Source: a virus
IMG/VR virus record: IMGVR_UViG_3300021406_000010
Coordinates: 64,001 to 128,000 of that record
Reading direction: 5' to 3' (one strand)
Length of the DNA stretch: 64,000 bases
Position 1 is the first letter of the stretch. Each line of letters begins with the position of its first letter. The notes under the pieces are model-generated. The model had not been told where the DNA came from and made no database searches. It saw only the letters and a program-made list of their open reading frames with translations. Made by a program: the position numbers and the translations under genes. Shown piece after piece: positions 9,952 to 19,695 of this stretch.

Positions 9952-10193
9952 GACAGCCGCCTGCGCCGCAGGCCGCGCCGGTAGAGGCGCGCGGACTCAG
10001 CCGTCCAGGATGCGACGACGTACGCGAAGCAGGCGTTGCCGAGCAGGAACTGCGACGGGTTGAAATGGATCGAGGCGTCGCCGTAGATGGCGAAGAGGAA
10101 CTGGAGGAAGAAGGCGAGCCACCGCTGGCCGAGGGGCCTGCACCAGTACCGCGCGAAGGGCAGCGCGTGCGCGGCCGCCTGCCTGAGGATCAT
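9948..10193 (-). CDS. Small membrane protein
   Basis: Two hydrophobic segments; coupled overlaps. Confidence 0.5.
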   Translation of the reverse strand: MILRQAAAHALPFARYWCRPLGQRWLAFFLQFLFAIYGDASIHFNPSQFLLGNACFAYVVASWTAESARLYRRGLRRRRLS

Positions 10194-10408
10194 GGCTGGC
10201 CCGCCCGGTGCTTCTTAACCCACGAGCGATGGCGGCCAGTCCAGGCGAAGGCCTCGCTGCGCGCCTCCTCGCCGCTGCCCACCCGCACTCCTATGCGCCA
10301 GGAGGCGATCCACACCCGGAAGAACGGCCACCAGGCGATGTCCTTCGCCTTTGCCCGGTCACGCCGGTAAGAGCGCGCCAGCCTGCGTGGTCCTGGGTAC
10401 CGGCTCAT
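10190..10408 (-). CDS. Small basic hypothetical protein
   Basis: Coupled to the downstream ORF. Confidence 0.4.
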   Translation of the reverse strand: MSRYPGPRRLARSYRRDRAKAKDIAWWPFFRVWIASWRIGVRVGSGEEARSEAFAWTGRHRSWVKKHRAGQP

Positions 10409-10479
10409 GTCATCGCCTGCTCTCAATAGCTTGAAACATTGTATTCGACGCGGGCACCCCGCCGCTAGTGAAGGAGGGG

Positions 10480-13400
10480 TCAGTCCCCGATGGGGGTAAT
10501 CCCCGCCAGCCGCCAGCCGGTGCGCACGCCCCGGCCGGGCACCGCGTAGGAGCGCCGCTCCGCGTCGGCGAGGACCAGGGTGCCAGGCCGGATGCGCCGC
10601 AGGTCGCCGGGGACGTCCGGCTCGTCGTCGCGGCGGGGGGAGAAGCAGGCCATGGACAGCGACGACACCTCCGTGTCAATCGCCGCCCACCACATGGTGG
10701 TGCCGGCGCGGGTCAGGGCGGGATGCCACTCGGCGAGGATCCCCGCGATCGGGAAGGTCCCCGCCCGCGCCGCCGAGGCCGCCAGGGCGATCTCCCGCGC
10801 CTGCTGGCGGGTGCCCTCCCCGTGCCGGTCCAGCTGGGCGAACGGCAGGGGCGACATCCAGGTGCCATAGGCCTCCCGGTCCTGCCGGTACAGCTCCGAG
10901 GCCCGGTACTCGGCGGCGGCGGCGGGGTCCGCCGAGGGCGGCGGAGAGTACTGGCGGCAGGCGACCGTGCACCGCTTCGGGGGGCCCTTGACGGCGAGCT
11001 TCAGCGCCCGCTTCCCCGCCGCCATCCGCTCCGCGTTGACGGCCGCGTTGCGCTCTCCCTGGAGCGCCGCCTCGGCCTGCCAGTCGTACGCGCACGGCAG
11101 CCCGCCGGGGCCGCTGGCGGCGGGGTCCTTGTGCTCGCAGCGGGTCGCGGTGCCGTCGCGGGCGCCCTGCAGCAGCAGGGCGATCCCCCGGCGGGAGGGA
11201 ATGATCGCGTCGAGGGCGCCGGCGGAGACCAGGGCGCGCAGGACGTCGGCCCTTGCCCCTGACCGGGACCGGAAGTCATCCCAGGACGAGTACGGCTGCC
11301 CCCTGGTGATCGCCTTGACGGCGGCGTCCCCGACGCCCCTGACCGACTTCAGGCCATAGGTGACGCTCAGCGGCCCGCACGTGAAATCGGCGCCTGAGAA
11401 CCTCACGTCCGGGGGGAGGACTGAGATTCCCCTGCGGCGGGCGTTGACCGCGAACGGGGCCATCCGGTCCATCTCCTTGAGGGTGGACAGGATCGAGGCG
11501 GTCATCTCGACCGGGTAGTGCGTCATCAGCCAGGCAGTCCAGTAGGACAGCACGGAGTAGCACCAGGCGTGGGCCCTCCCGAACGCGTACTTCCCGAACT
11601 CGGCCATGGCCGACCACAGCTCGCGGACCTGGTCCTCGTCGTGCCCCCGCTCCGCGCACCGGCGGATGAACTCTTCCCCTGCCGCCTCGATCTTCTCGGT
11701 CAGCTTCTTCCCCATCATCTTGCGGACGCCGTCGGCCTCCAGGTCGTCATACCCGGCCACGATCTTGCAGGCCATGAGGATGTCCTCCTGGTACGCCATC
11801 AGCCCGTAGGAGCGCTTCAGGTGCTCCTCCAGCAGCGGGTGCGGGTAGGTGACCGGCTCGGCCCCGGAGCGCCGCCGCAGGTAGGCCTCGGCGGCGCCCG
11901 AGTTGCGGGGCCCAGGCCGGATGATGGTGGTCAGGTCCGACAGGTCGCTGATGGAGCCGGGCTTCATCCGCTCGCAGTAGTCGCTGCACAGCGGGGTTTC
12001 CAACTGGAACATCCCGAGCGTCTGGCCGGTCCCGATCTCGTCGTACACCTGCGGGTCCAGGTGCTCTTCCTCCCAGCCGCGCAGGTCCAGCGCGATGCCG
12101 GCGCGCGCCTCGATCAGCTCGACCGCCCTGGCGATCGAGTCGAGGTTGCGCAGCGTCAGCATGTCGACCTTCATGTAGCCGAGGGCCTCCACGGACCGGA
12201 AGTCCCACTGGGTGACCATCAAGCCCTTTCCGCCCTCCTCGCGGCGCATCGGGATCCTCCCCGCCAGCGGGACGCCGGGGGAGATGACCAGCCCGGCGGG
12301 ATGCTGGCCGAACGCGTACACCCGGCCGGACAGGGCCTGGGCGACCTCGAACAGCTGCGGGTACCGACCCGCGTACCGGGCGATCTGCGGGTCGGTGACG
12401 AGCTCGTCCCATGGCAGCCCCAGCCCGGCGGTCCCGGCCTCGGCCTCCTCGATCAGCCCGGAGACTACCTTCATGTCGCCCACGGCCTCGTCGGGCAGGA
12501 TCGCGGCCATGACGGTGGCGAGCTTGGCCAGGCTGCGCTTCATCCCGCCCCGCAGGACGGTCCCTATCCGGACGACGTGCTCCTCGCCGTACTTCCCGAT
12601 GGCGTAGTCCTGCGCCTGCCCGCGCCTGCTGGAGGGCAGGTCCAGGTCGAAGTCGGGCAGCTCCCTGCGGCCCTCGGTGAGGAACCGCTCGAACATCAGG
12701 CCCGCCCTCAGCGGGTCGACGCTGGTGATCCCGGTCAGGTGGCTCATCAGCGACCCGGCCGCCGACCCCCTGCCGGGGCCGACGAGGATGCCCTGCGACC
12801 GGCACCAGGAAACAAGGTCCGCGACGATCAGGTAGCAGCCCGCCAGGCCCTTGCGGGCGACCATGGCGAACTCGCGGTCCTCCCGGTCGCGGTACTCCCG
12901 GGTACCGGGCACCTGGTGCCAGCCGGCCTCGCACAGCTGCCGCAGGGCCCGGGCGTCATCATCGGGGGTGCCGCCGGGGGTGAACACCGGCGGCTCGACG
13001 TGGCCGCCGACCCTCGCGGTGCACCGGTCCGCGATCTCCAGGGTATTGCGGAAGGCCGCGTCCAGCATGTCGCGGTCCAGGTAGCCGAGCAGCTCGCGGG
13101 CGCGGTCCTCGGAAAGCATTCCGCTGAAGTTCCAGTAGTTCTCCTTGGACTTCCCCGCCTGGCAGGCCATCCACAGCCTGTGCAGCCCCTCCTCGGCGGG
13201 CGACGGGTAGTGGGCGTCGGACGCGGCGACAATCGGCAACCGGTACTCCCGGGCGATGTCCTGCAGCATCAGGTTGAGGCGGCGCTGGTCGGGGATCTCG
13301 TTGGGTTGCACCTCCAGCATCAGCCGACCGGGGAACAGGGCGCGGAGCCGGTCCAGGGAGTCCAGGGCCTCGTCCACCCGCCCTTCCAGGAGGTCCTGCG

Positions 13401-13938
13401 ACAGGACGCCGCCCAGGCAGGAGGTGGTGGCGATCAGGTCGCTCCCGTAGCGCTCCAGCAGCTCCCAGTCGACCCGGGGGCGCCCGTAGAAGCCGGTAGC
13501 GAAGGACTCGCTGGAGGCCGCCCACAAGTCGTGCAGGCCCCTGTTGCCCTGCGCGATGAGGATGAGGTGGTCGCCGTTGACCAGCTGCTTCTGGGCCGCC
13601 TTAGCCGCCTGCACCTCGGCCTCAAGGCGGCGGATCTCCGGCGTGACGATGGTGCCGTCGCCATCCGCGAGGGCGGCCAGCCGGGCACGCTGCCCGGCGG
13701 TGTCCGGCGGGCGGGCGAGGCGGTCGGGCCGGAAGTAGGCCTCCATGCCGAGCAGTGGCTTGATCCCCGCCTTGTCGCACTCGGCCTGGTGCTGGACGTG
13801 CACGGCGGCGTTCCCGTGGTCGGTGCACGCGACGGCGGGGATCCCGAGGCTGGCGGCCATCGCGGCGACCTCGGCGGGAGTCTGCTCGCCGTCGAGGACG
13901 GACAAGTCGGTGTGGCAGTGCAGGTCGGCGTACGTCAT
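10480..13938 (-). CDS. dnaE: DNA polymerase III alpha subunit
   Basis: PHP domain LHCHTDLSVLDG/TDHG, GPGRGSAAGS, PDFDLD, GQHPAG, KYAFGRAH; no intein. Confidence 0.95.
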   Translation of the reverse strand: MTYADLHCHTDLSVLDGEQTPAEVAAMAASLGIPAVACTDHGNAAVHVQHQAECDKAGIKPLLGMEAYFRPDRLARPPDTAGQRARLAALADGDGTIVTPEIRRLEAEVQAAKAAQKQLVNGDHLILIAQGNRGLHDLWAASSESFATGFYGRPRVDWELLERYGSDLIATTSCLGGVLSQDLLEGRVDEALDSLDRLRALFPGRLMLEVQPNEIPDQRRLNLMLQDIAREYRLPIVAASDAHYPSPAEEGLHRLWMACQAGKSKENYWNFSGMLSEDRARELLGYLDRDMLDAAFRNTLEIADRCTARVGGHVEPPVFTPGGTPDDDARALRQLCEAGWHQVPGTREYRDREDREFAMVARKGLAGCYLIVADLVSWCRSQGILVGPGRGSAAGSLMSHLTGITSVDPLRAGLMFERFLTEGRRELPDFDLDLPSSRRGQAQDYAIGKYGEEHVVRIGTVLRGGMKRSLAKLATVMAAILPDEAVGDMKVVSGLIEEAEAGTAGLGLPWDELVTDPQIARYAGRYPQLFEVAQALSGRVYAFGQHPAGLVISPGVPLAGRIPMRREEGGKGLMVTQWDFRSVEALGYMKVDMLTLRNLDSIARAVELIEARAGIALDLRGWEEEHLDPQVYDEIGTGQTLGMFQLETPLCSDYCERMKPGSISDLSDLTTIIRPGPRNSGAAEAYLRRRSGAEPVTYPHPLLEEHLKRSYGLMAYQEDILMACKIVAGYDDLEADGVRKMMGKKLTEKIEAAGEEFIRRCAERGHDEDQVRELWSAMAEFGKYAFGRAHAWCYSVLSYWTAWLMTHYPVEMTASILSTLKEMDRMAPFAVNARRRGISVLPPDVRFSGADFTCGPLSVTYGLKSVRGVGDAAVKAITRGQPYSSWDDFRSRSGARADVLRALVSAGALDAIIPSRRGIALLLQGARDGTATRCEHKDPAASGPGGLPCAYDWQAEAALQGERNAAVNAERMAAGKRALKLAVKGPPKRCTVACRQYSPPPSADPAAAAEYRASELYRQDREAYGTWMSPLPFAQLDRHGEGTRQQAREIALAASAARAGTFPIAGILAEWHPALTRAGTTMWWAAIDTEVSSLSMACFSPRRDDEPDVPGDLRRIRPGTLVLADAERRSYAVPGRGVRTGWRLAGITPIGD

Positions 13939-14006
13939 GGGCGGCCTTCCGGGGACAGGCCGGCCGTGCCACCCCGGGGAAAGTGGCACGGCCGGAGATC
14001 GGGTGG

Positions 14007-15038
14007 CTAGAAGGCGGGCGCCATGTCTTCCTGGTCGTCCTGGGGCGCCTGCGCGGCCTCGCGCTCAGCGAAATCGCGGTCGCCGTCCGCCGCCGGGGCG
14101 CGCTTCTTGACGCGGTCCCGGAACTTCTGGGCCGCCGGGGCGTCCACGGTGGGGGCAGAGGCGGAGGCAGTCTCGCTGGCGGCCTCGCCGTCCTCGTCCT
14201 CGCCGTCCTGGCCCTTGCGTCCGTAGCCGCCCTCGGGCTCCTCGCCCTCGATGAACCAGCGGCGGTAGTGGTCGAGGGTCGAGTGGTCCAGCAGGTATGT
14301 CTCCAGGTCGAAGCCGATCAGCTCCAGGGTGCTAGTGTAGGCCTCCCATGCTTTGGTGCCCGGGGCCAGGTCCGGGGTGGGCCGGAGGGTGGCGACCGTG
14401 TACTCGTTCTCCTTGCGGGTGACCTTGACGTCGGCGTCGGACCAGGTGCCGGTGATGTACGCGGACGCGGCCGGGGCGGCCCAGAACGTCTCGTAGTTCA
14501 TCGCGACGATGACGAGCTGCGGGACCTGGTGGACGTTGCCGTCCTTGTCCTTGTGCTCGGTCATCTTGTCCCGGAGGCCGACGGGCTTGCCGGTGGCGGG
14601 GTCCTTGACCAGCTCGCGGACGGCGGCGATTCCGTACGTGAGGTACCGGGTGCGGCTCATGTCCTTCTTGAACTTCGGGTCGGGCACCCCGGCCCACCTG
14701 TCGTGCAGGTAGCAGACACCGTCGTAGCCGTCCTCCCATCCTTCGAGCGGCATCCCGTCCGGGCCGCCCAGCCGGAACTGGCGGTCCTTGCGGCAGACGC
14801 CCCACATCTTGTCCGGCCACTTGTCGCCCTTGAAGCCCTCGGGCTGGGGCTTGGTCGGCATGTAGGAGTGGACCTCGAACGAGTAAACGTCGGCCTTGTC
14901 GGTGATAAGGCGGAGGTACACGGGGTCGTCCCCGTCCTTGATGATGAGCTGGTCCAGGCGGCCGAATGACCTCTTGCGTGCCCTGGCGATCTCGTCGGCG
15001 ATCTTCTCGGCGGCTTCCGCGCCCCTGCTGAGTGGCAC
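14007..15038 (-). CDS. Single-stranded DNA-binding protein (gp32-like, putative)
   Basis: Next to dnaE; H/C-C motif and an acidic C-terminal tail ending APAF. Confidence 0.55.
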   Translation of the reverse strand: MPLSRGAEAAEKIADEIARARKRSFGRLDQLIIKDGDDPVYLRLITDKADVYSFEVHSYMPTKPQPEGFKGDKWPDKMWGVCRKDRQFRLGGPDGMPLEGWEDGYDGVCYLHDRWAGVPDPKFKKDMSRTRYLTYGIAAVRELVKDPATGKPVGLRDKMTEHKDKDGNVHQVPQLVIVAMNYETFWAAPAASAYITGTWSDADVKVTRKENEYTVATLRPTPDLAPGTKAWEAYTSTLELIGFDLETYLLDHSTLDHYRRWFIEGEEPEGGYGRKGQDGEDEDGEAASETASASAPTVDAPAAQKFRDRVKKRAPAADGDRDFAEREAAQAPQDDQEDMAPAF

Positions 15039-15058
15039 TGAGTGCCCCTTTCTCCCTG

Positions 15059-15964
15059 CTAGGTGACCTTCCGGGCGATGACCGTGCTCACGGCGTATCG
15101 TGCCATCTCGCTGGTCGCGCGCCCTGCTCCTGTCATGAACACAATACAGCCTTCATTGCTATCACGCCACACCCTCGGGCCGTCGCCCGGCCACGCCCCC
15201 ACGGCGAAGCGCATGAAAACCCCACGGGAGGAGAGCTCGGCCGCGATCATGCCCTGCCACCGCGACAGCTCCCCCCTGCCGGGCCAGGAGGAGGCCCCCT
15301 GGGGGTCGCGCATGCTGTACCACCCCCACTCCCACCCCTGCCGGGGCGGCGGCTCCTGCGGCCCCGGCGGGGACGCGGGGACGTGCATGAAGCCCCACTC
15401 CTGAAGCACCTGCTCCTGGGTCACCGTCACCCGGCGCCCCGCCAGCCACGCCCGCGCCCGCAGCGCGGCGGCCCGCAGCGCGGCGGCGCGCTCGATGCCC
15501 TCCCGGTTGTCCCGGTCGAGGAACAGGCCGCCCTCCGGCGTCAGGTCATAGGCCCGGCGGGTGGCCGGGTCGAGCAGCTGCAGCAGCGCGTAGCGCAGCC
15601 CCTCGTCCCTCGCCATCGGGTCGAGGGCCAAGTAGGCGAGGCGCAGCTCCCGGGTGGTGGCCCGGGTGGGCACGCCCAGCCTGCGGTAGTAGCCGCGCAC
15701 GTCGCGGACGGTCCAGGGGACCAGCTCCTGGCAGGACGACGCAAGGAAGACCGGGCCGCCCTCCCTGGCGACGCTCCAGCCGTCATCGGTAATGCGCTCC
15801 CCCGGCTCTGCCGTCCAGGCGGCGGGCTCCGCCATGGCGGACTGGGCCTCGGCGAACTCCCGGGAGGCCGAGGACAGGACCCTGGTGTAGTGCAGGACGC
15901 AGCGGGCGCCGAGGACCTCGTCCAGCCGCAGGTCCCCGCTGTCGCCGGTGAAGGGGCTACTCAC
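15059..15964 (-). CDS. J-domain (DnaJ-like) protein
   Basis: YYRRLGV...ATTRELRLAY...LLDPATRRAYD; HPD motif absent. Confidence 0.65.
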   Translation of the reverse strand: MSSPFTGDSGDLRLDEVLGARCVLHYTRVLSSASREFAEAQSAMAEPAAWTAEPGERITDDGWSVAREGGPVFLASSCQELVPWTVRDVRGYYRRLGVPTRATTRELRLAYLALDPMARDEGLRYALLQLLDPATRRAYDLTPEGGLFLDRDNREGIERAAALRAAALRARAWLAGRRVTVTQEQVLQEWGFMHVPASPPGPQEPPPRQGWEWGWYSMRDPQGASSWPGRGELSRWQGMIAAELSSRGVFMRFAVGAWPGDGPRVWRDSNEGCIVFMTGAGRATSEMARYAVSTVIARKVT

Positions 15965-16400
15965 CGTCCTCCTGGTCCGGGCCGGGGGCCGCGCGTTCCT
16001 CGCCCGCAGCTTCGCCGACTTCCGGGGGCGGGTCCGGCAGCGGGACGTCCTCGGCATACACGGGCCGCAAGGCGCCGCTGCCCGCCTCGATGCCAGTGAC
16101 GCGGCCCGTCACCGCGCCGGTCTTCCTGATGCTCATGCCGTCCGTCCTCTCGTCGCCTTCCCCTAGCGTGCCACCTTCCGGCGGCCGGGTGGCCGGCTCC
16201 TCCGTCCACTGGCAGCCGCACGCCCGGCACCTGATGCACAGGTGCGGCCCGGCGCCGGGGTCCTCCTCGCAGGGGAACCCCGGCAGGGGCCCGAAGGTGA
16301 GCAGCGGGACCTCCTCATGGAAGGCGACGCTGGCGTCCTCCGCCCCGCAGGCGGGGCAAAGGTGCTGCGGATCGTGCGGGCGCAGGCCGTAGGGGCTCAC
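15957..16400 (-). CDS. Zn-ribbon protein
   Basis: CPACG...CRACG. Confidence 0.55.
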   Translation of the reverse strand: MSPYGLRPHDPQHLCPACGAEDASVAFHEEVPLLTFGPLPGFPCEEDPGAGPHLCIRCRACGCQWTEEPATRPPEGGTLGEGDERTDGMSIRKTGAVTGRVTGIEAGSGALRPVYAEDVPLPDPPPEVGEAAGEERAAPGPDQEDGE

Positions 16401-16750
16401 CCCGGGCCCCGGCCTAGCGCGGCGCTCATCGAGGCGACCGCCTCCGGGTTCAGCGCGCGCCATGGCGCCCACGAGTCGTCGTCCAGCTTGTGCTCCATCC
16501 ACCCCGGGACATCCGGCGTCGGCTCGAACGACGGCTCGCCCGCCGCGCACCGCTCGCACTGGTAGCCCAGGTGCTCAGCGCAGAAGTACAGCCCGCAGCC
16601 GTCCTCGCCGCCGAGCGGCACCTCCCCGGCGCAGACGAAGGCCAGCCCCCGGTCAATCGCCGCGCCGCAGCCGGCACGGTCGCACGTCGCGGGCACCCCG
16701 TACCCGATGTCCCGCTGCCACCTGGCGTCGTACCCTACTGCCCAGCTCAC
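16397..16750 (-). CDS. Cys-rich hypothetical protein
   Basis: RDIGYGVPATCD...IDRGLAFVC...GCGLYFCAEH. Confidence 0.65.
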   Translation of the reverse strand: MSWAVGYDARWQRDIGYGVPATCDRAGCGAAIDRGLAFVCAGEVPLGGEDGCGLYFCAEHLGYQCERCAAGEPSFEPTPDVPGWMEHKLDDDSWAPWRALNPEAVASMSAALGRGPG

Positions 16751-16770
16751 GGAATGCTCCTTTCGCCCTA

Positions 16771-16917
16771 CAGTGCAGTTCGCTTCCCGTGTCCCCGCAA
16801 TCCGATCTGCACTTGTGCACTATCAGCCTGTCAGCGAGTATTTCCGATAGTAAGTTCTGCACTGGTATCTGCACTTCAGTGCACATCTTCTGCACTCACT
16901 CCCCCGGAAGTGCACTG
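16771..16917. repeat. TGCAC(T/A) iteron cluster A
   Basis: Seven TGCAC copies in about 115 bp, including ATCTGCACTTGTGCACTATC, at the 3' end of the primase-helicase gene. Confidence 0.8.
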
Positions 16918-19307
16918 CCGGAGAACGGCAGGCGCACCTGCAGGCCGGGGAAGCCCGCCCAGCCGTTGCCCCGGTAGTACTCGTGCTCCTTGCGCAGGCT
17001 CGCCGTCAGCCACCTCTGCGCCCGGGGCGGCATGTGCCCCTCGCGCTTGCACCACGCCGCGTACGAGGTCCAGATGTCAGCGCAGCTGCGGCTGACCGCG
17101 TACCTCTCGGGCGGGACGACCTCCAGGCAGTCCTCGGCGAACTGCGCCACGATGTCCTCGTCCTTGCGGTAAGACTCGGCGGCCTCGACTGCCGCCCCGG
17201 GCACCTGCAGGCCCCGCCGCCGCCATTGCACGGCTCCCTCGATGATCCAGGCGAGGATGCCCTCCCCCTCCTCGCGGACCAGACGGCGCTGCAGGTCCCG
17301 GTCGCGGTGCTCCTCGGGGATGACCACCGGCCAGGTGATCAGCCGGACGCGCCGCCAGGTGGCGCCGTCATCAGAGACGCGGGGCAGGTGGTTGGTGGTC
17401 AGGTGTATTTTGCCGACCGGCTTGAACTCGAAGAAGTCGTTGCGCATGAAGCGGGCCGCCACGGCGTCCTCGCCGGTCAGCTGCTTCAGCTTCTGCTCGT
17501 CGAGGCTCTTCCCGGCCTTGGTCTCGCTTGCCCCCAGCCAGCGGCGGCCGACCATCCTGGCCACGTCATTCGGGATCCGGCCGTCAATGGAGGACGCCAT
17601 CAGGGTCTCGACCGGGAGGGTCTGGGAATAGCTGCCCAGCAGGTGGCTGATGACGTTGTGGAAGACGCCCTTGCCGTTCGCGCCGCTGCCATGATGCAGG
17701 AAGAAGACCTGCTCCGAGGTGTCGCCAGTCGCGCAGTAGCCGGCGATCAGCTGCAGGTAGAAGCGGATCGTCGGGTCCGGCTGCACCGTGGCGAGGAACG
17801 CCTCCCACTGCGGCGCCCTCGCCCCCGGCCGGTAGGCGGCCATGCACTGCAGCGTCATCCGGTCCTCGGGATCGTGCGGGCGCCGCTCCCCGGTGGCCAG
17901 GTCCACCACCCCGTCGGTGACGTTCAGGGCCATCGGGTCGGCGTCGAATGTCGCCTGGTCGATCTGCATCAGGGGAAGGCCGCGCGCCAGCTTGTTGGCG
18001 ACGTTAACGGCCTTAGCGGTCTGCTGCTTCTTGACCCATTCCAGGAAGCGGTCGCGGGGCGACGGCAGGACGGTACCGTCGGCGGCCACGTCCGCCTCGT
18101 CGTCGAAGGACATCGCCTCCGTGTCCGCCAGGGTCCGCAGCATCACCTGGGCGGCCCACTCCCCTGCCTCCGGCACGTCGGTGACCCACACGCCGGCCTT
18201 GTAGCGCATCCAGGTGCGCTGGGTGGGGTTCCACCGCAGGGTATCCCCGTAGCGGTCGGCCATCCGGTCAGCCAGCCCGAACTCATTCTGGGGCCGGGCC
18301 GGCCAGTCGGCCTGGGTGGCCTGCCACTGGATGACGCGCGGCTCGGCAAGGCCCTTGCGCCACCCGCTCGTGAACGTCCGGTTGGCCTCCCCCTCGCCGA
18401 GGCCAGCCGCGCGGGCCGCGTCGCACAGCGCGGCCCGCGCCTCCGCCTCCGACAGGATGCCCGCCCCGCCGAGGGTGCCGAGGGAGAAGGCGGCGGCGTT
18501 CAGCGTGTCGTTGCGCTCGCCGGACGGGGCGTCCCGGACCCGGGCGGCCTCGGCCCGCAGCGCGGCCTCCGCGTACCGGCGGGTCGACCCGGCCGCCTCG
18601 GCGGGGAACGCGCCGGCGAGCGCGCTGCCGTTCTGCACCCTGTCGTGGCCCCGCAGCAGGTCTATGAGCCAGCCAGGCGCCTCGGCCGGGTCGATGTCAT
18701 GGGCCGGGCTGAGCTCGTAGGCGCCCTTCGCCGAGACGGATGGCGGCGCGACGATGAAGCCGTTCTCGCCGCGCACGTCCAGGCCCCTGCCGAGGGCCTT
18801 CCCGGCGGAGTTGCGGATGTCGAAGCCAGGGTGGGCGAACAGGTAGTGCACGCCGCCGGAGCCGGTATGGTGCACCCGGGTCTCCGGCAGCGGGCCGTGG
18901 CGGCGCTCGTAGCCGGCCAGCGTGGGATCTCCCCCGTTGTAGGTGTCGACGTCCATCGCGAAGATCCCGGACCGCCGGCCGGTGACGATGCCGATGTTGG
19001 CGTAGGGCCACCACTCCGTGGCGGGCATCATCGCCTCCGGCCGCCACCAGCCGGCGACCTCATCGACGTCGCTGCTGGCGAAGTCAGGCCATGACTGGTG
19101 CACCGGGTGCTTGCCTGGGCTGGCGCACTGCGCCCCGGCATGGCAGGAGCAGTGCCCGTCAGGGCCTATCCAGCGGACCGGCATGACCTGCCAGCCGCGC
19201 CGGGCGTACGACAGGGCGGAGTCCAGCAGCTCCTGACGGCGCTCCTCGTCAGGGGCGTCCAGGACCGGCGGGAGGGCGCCGCCGGGGGGGTCGTCCTGCG
19301 CCGTCAT
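16896..19307 (-). CDS. Bifunctional primase-polymerase + D5_N + SF3 helicase (P4 alpha/D5-like)
   Basis: CSC..C..PGKHP, NIGIVTG, MDVD, TGSGGVHYLF, DVRGENG; Walker A GSGANGKG; LKQLTGED. Confidence 0.92.
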   Translation of the reverse strand: MTAQDDPPGGALPPVLDAPDEERRQELLDSALSYARRGWQVMPVRWIGPDGHCSCHAGAQCASPGKHPVHQSWPDFASSDVDEVAGWWRPEAMMPATEWWPYANIGIVTGRRSGIFAMDVDTYNGGDPTLAGYERRHGPLPETRVHHTGSGGVHYLFAHPGFDIRNSAGKALGRGLDVRGENGFIVAPPSVSAKGAYELSPAHDIDPAEAPGWLIDLLRGHDRVQNGSALAGAFPAEAAGSTRRYAEAALRAEAARVRDAPSGERNDTLNAAAFSLGTLGGAGILSEAEARAALCDAARAAGLGEGEANRTFTSGWRKGLAEPRVIQWQATQADWPARPQNEFGLADRMADRYGDTLRWNPTQRTWMRYKAGVWVTDVPEAGEWAAQVMLRTLADTEAMSFDDEADVAADGTVLPSPRDRFLEWVKKQQTAKAVNVANKLARGLPLMQIDQATFDADPMALNVTDGVVDLATGERRPHDPEDRMTLQCMAAYRPGARAPQWEAFLATVQPDPTIRFYLQLIAGYCATGDTSEQVFFLHHGSGANGKGVFHNVISHLLGSYSQTLPVETLMASSIDGRIPNDVARMVGRRWLGASETKAGKSLDEQKLKQLTGEDAVAARFMRNDFFEFKPVGKIHLTTNHLPRVSDDGATWRRVRLITWPVVIPEEHRDRDLQRRLVREEGEGILAWIIEGAVQWRRRGLQVPGAAVEAAESYRKDEDIVAQFAEDCLEVVPPERYAVSRSCADIWTSYAAWCKREGHMPPRAQRWLTASLRKEHEYYRGNGWAGFPGLQVRLPFSGSALPGE

Positions 19308-19615
19308 GGCGCGTCATCGCCCCGCGCCTCGGCGAGGAGGGGAAGCGCGAAGAACGAGTCGTGTCCCGGGCCGAACCGGGCCACGGTGACCGGGGCGCCG
19401 CGCCAGTAGCCGCCGTGAGGCCCGAACGCCTGGCGGCACACGGCCATGGCGTCCCCGGGGCCGAAGCGCTCCAGGAACCCGCCCGTCACCTCCCGGGCGC
19501 GGAAGTGCGGCAGGTGGGGACCGCAGCAGCGGGTGATCTCCGCGATCACGTAGTCGTGGAACTCAAGGTGGGCAAGGGTCTGACGGGATGCGAAATCCGG
19601 TGACGTGGTCACCAT
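19304..19615 (-). CDS. Conserved hypothetical phage protein
   Basis: DYVIAEI...GYWRGAPVTVARF; ATGA overlap with the primase gene. Confidence 0.65.
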   Translation of the reverse strand: MVTTSPDFASRQTLAHLEFHDYVIAEITRCCGPHLPHFRAREVTGGFLERFGPGDAMAVCRQAFGPHGGYWRGAPVTVARFGPGHDSFFALPLLAEARGDDAP

Positions 19616-19695
19616 GGAGGGACACCTTCCGGGGTTTTGAGGATCCGTCGTGAAGGCCGTGCACGCTGGCCCCTGAGGGGCCAGGCACTACCGGG

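Noticed and set aside
10480-19307. Inteins in DnaE or the primase-helicase
   Set aside because: Lengths are normal and no intein terminal or LAGLIDADG motifs were seen
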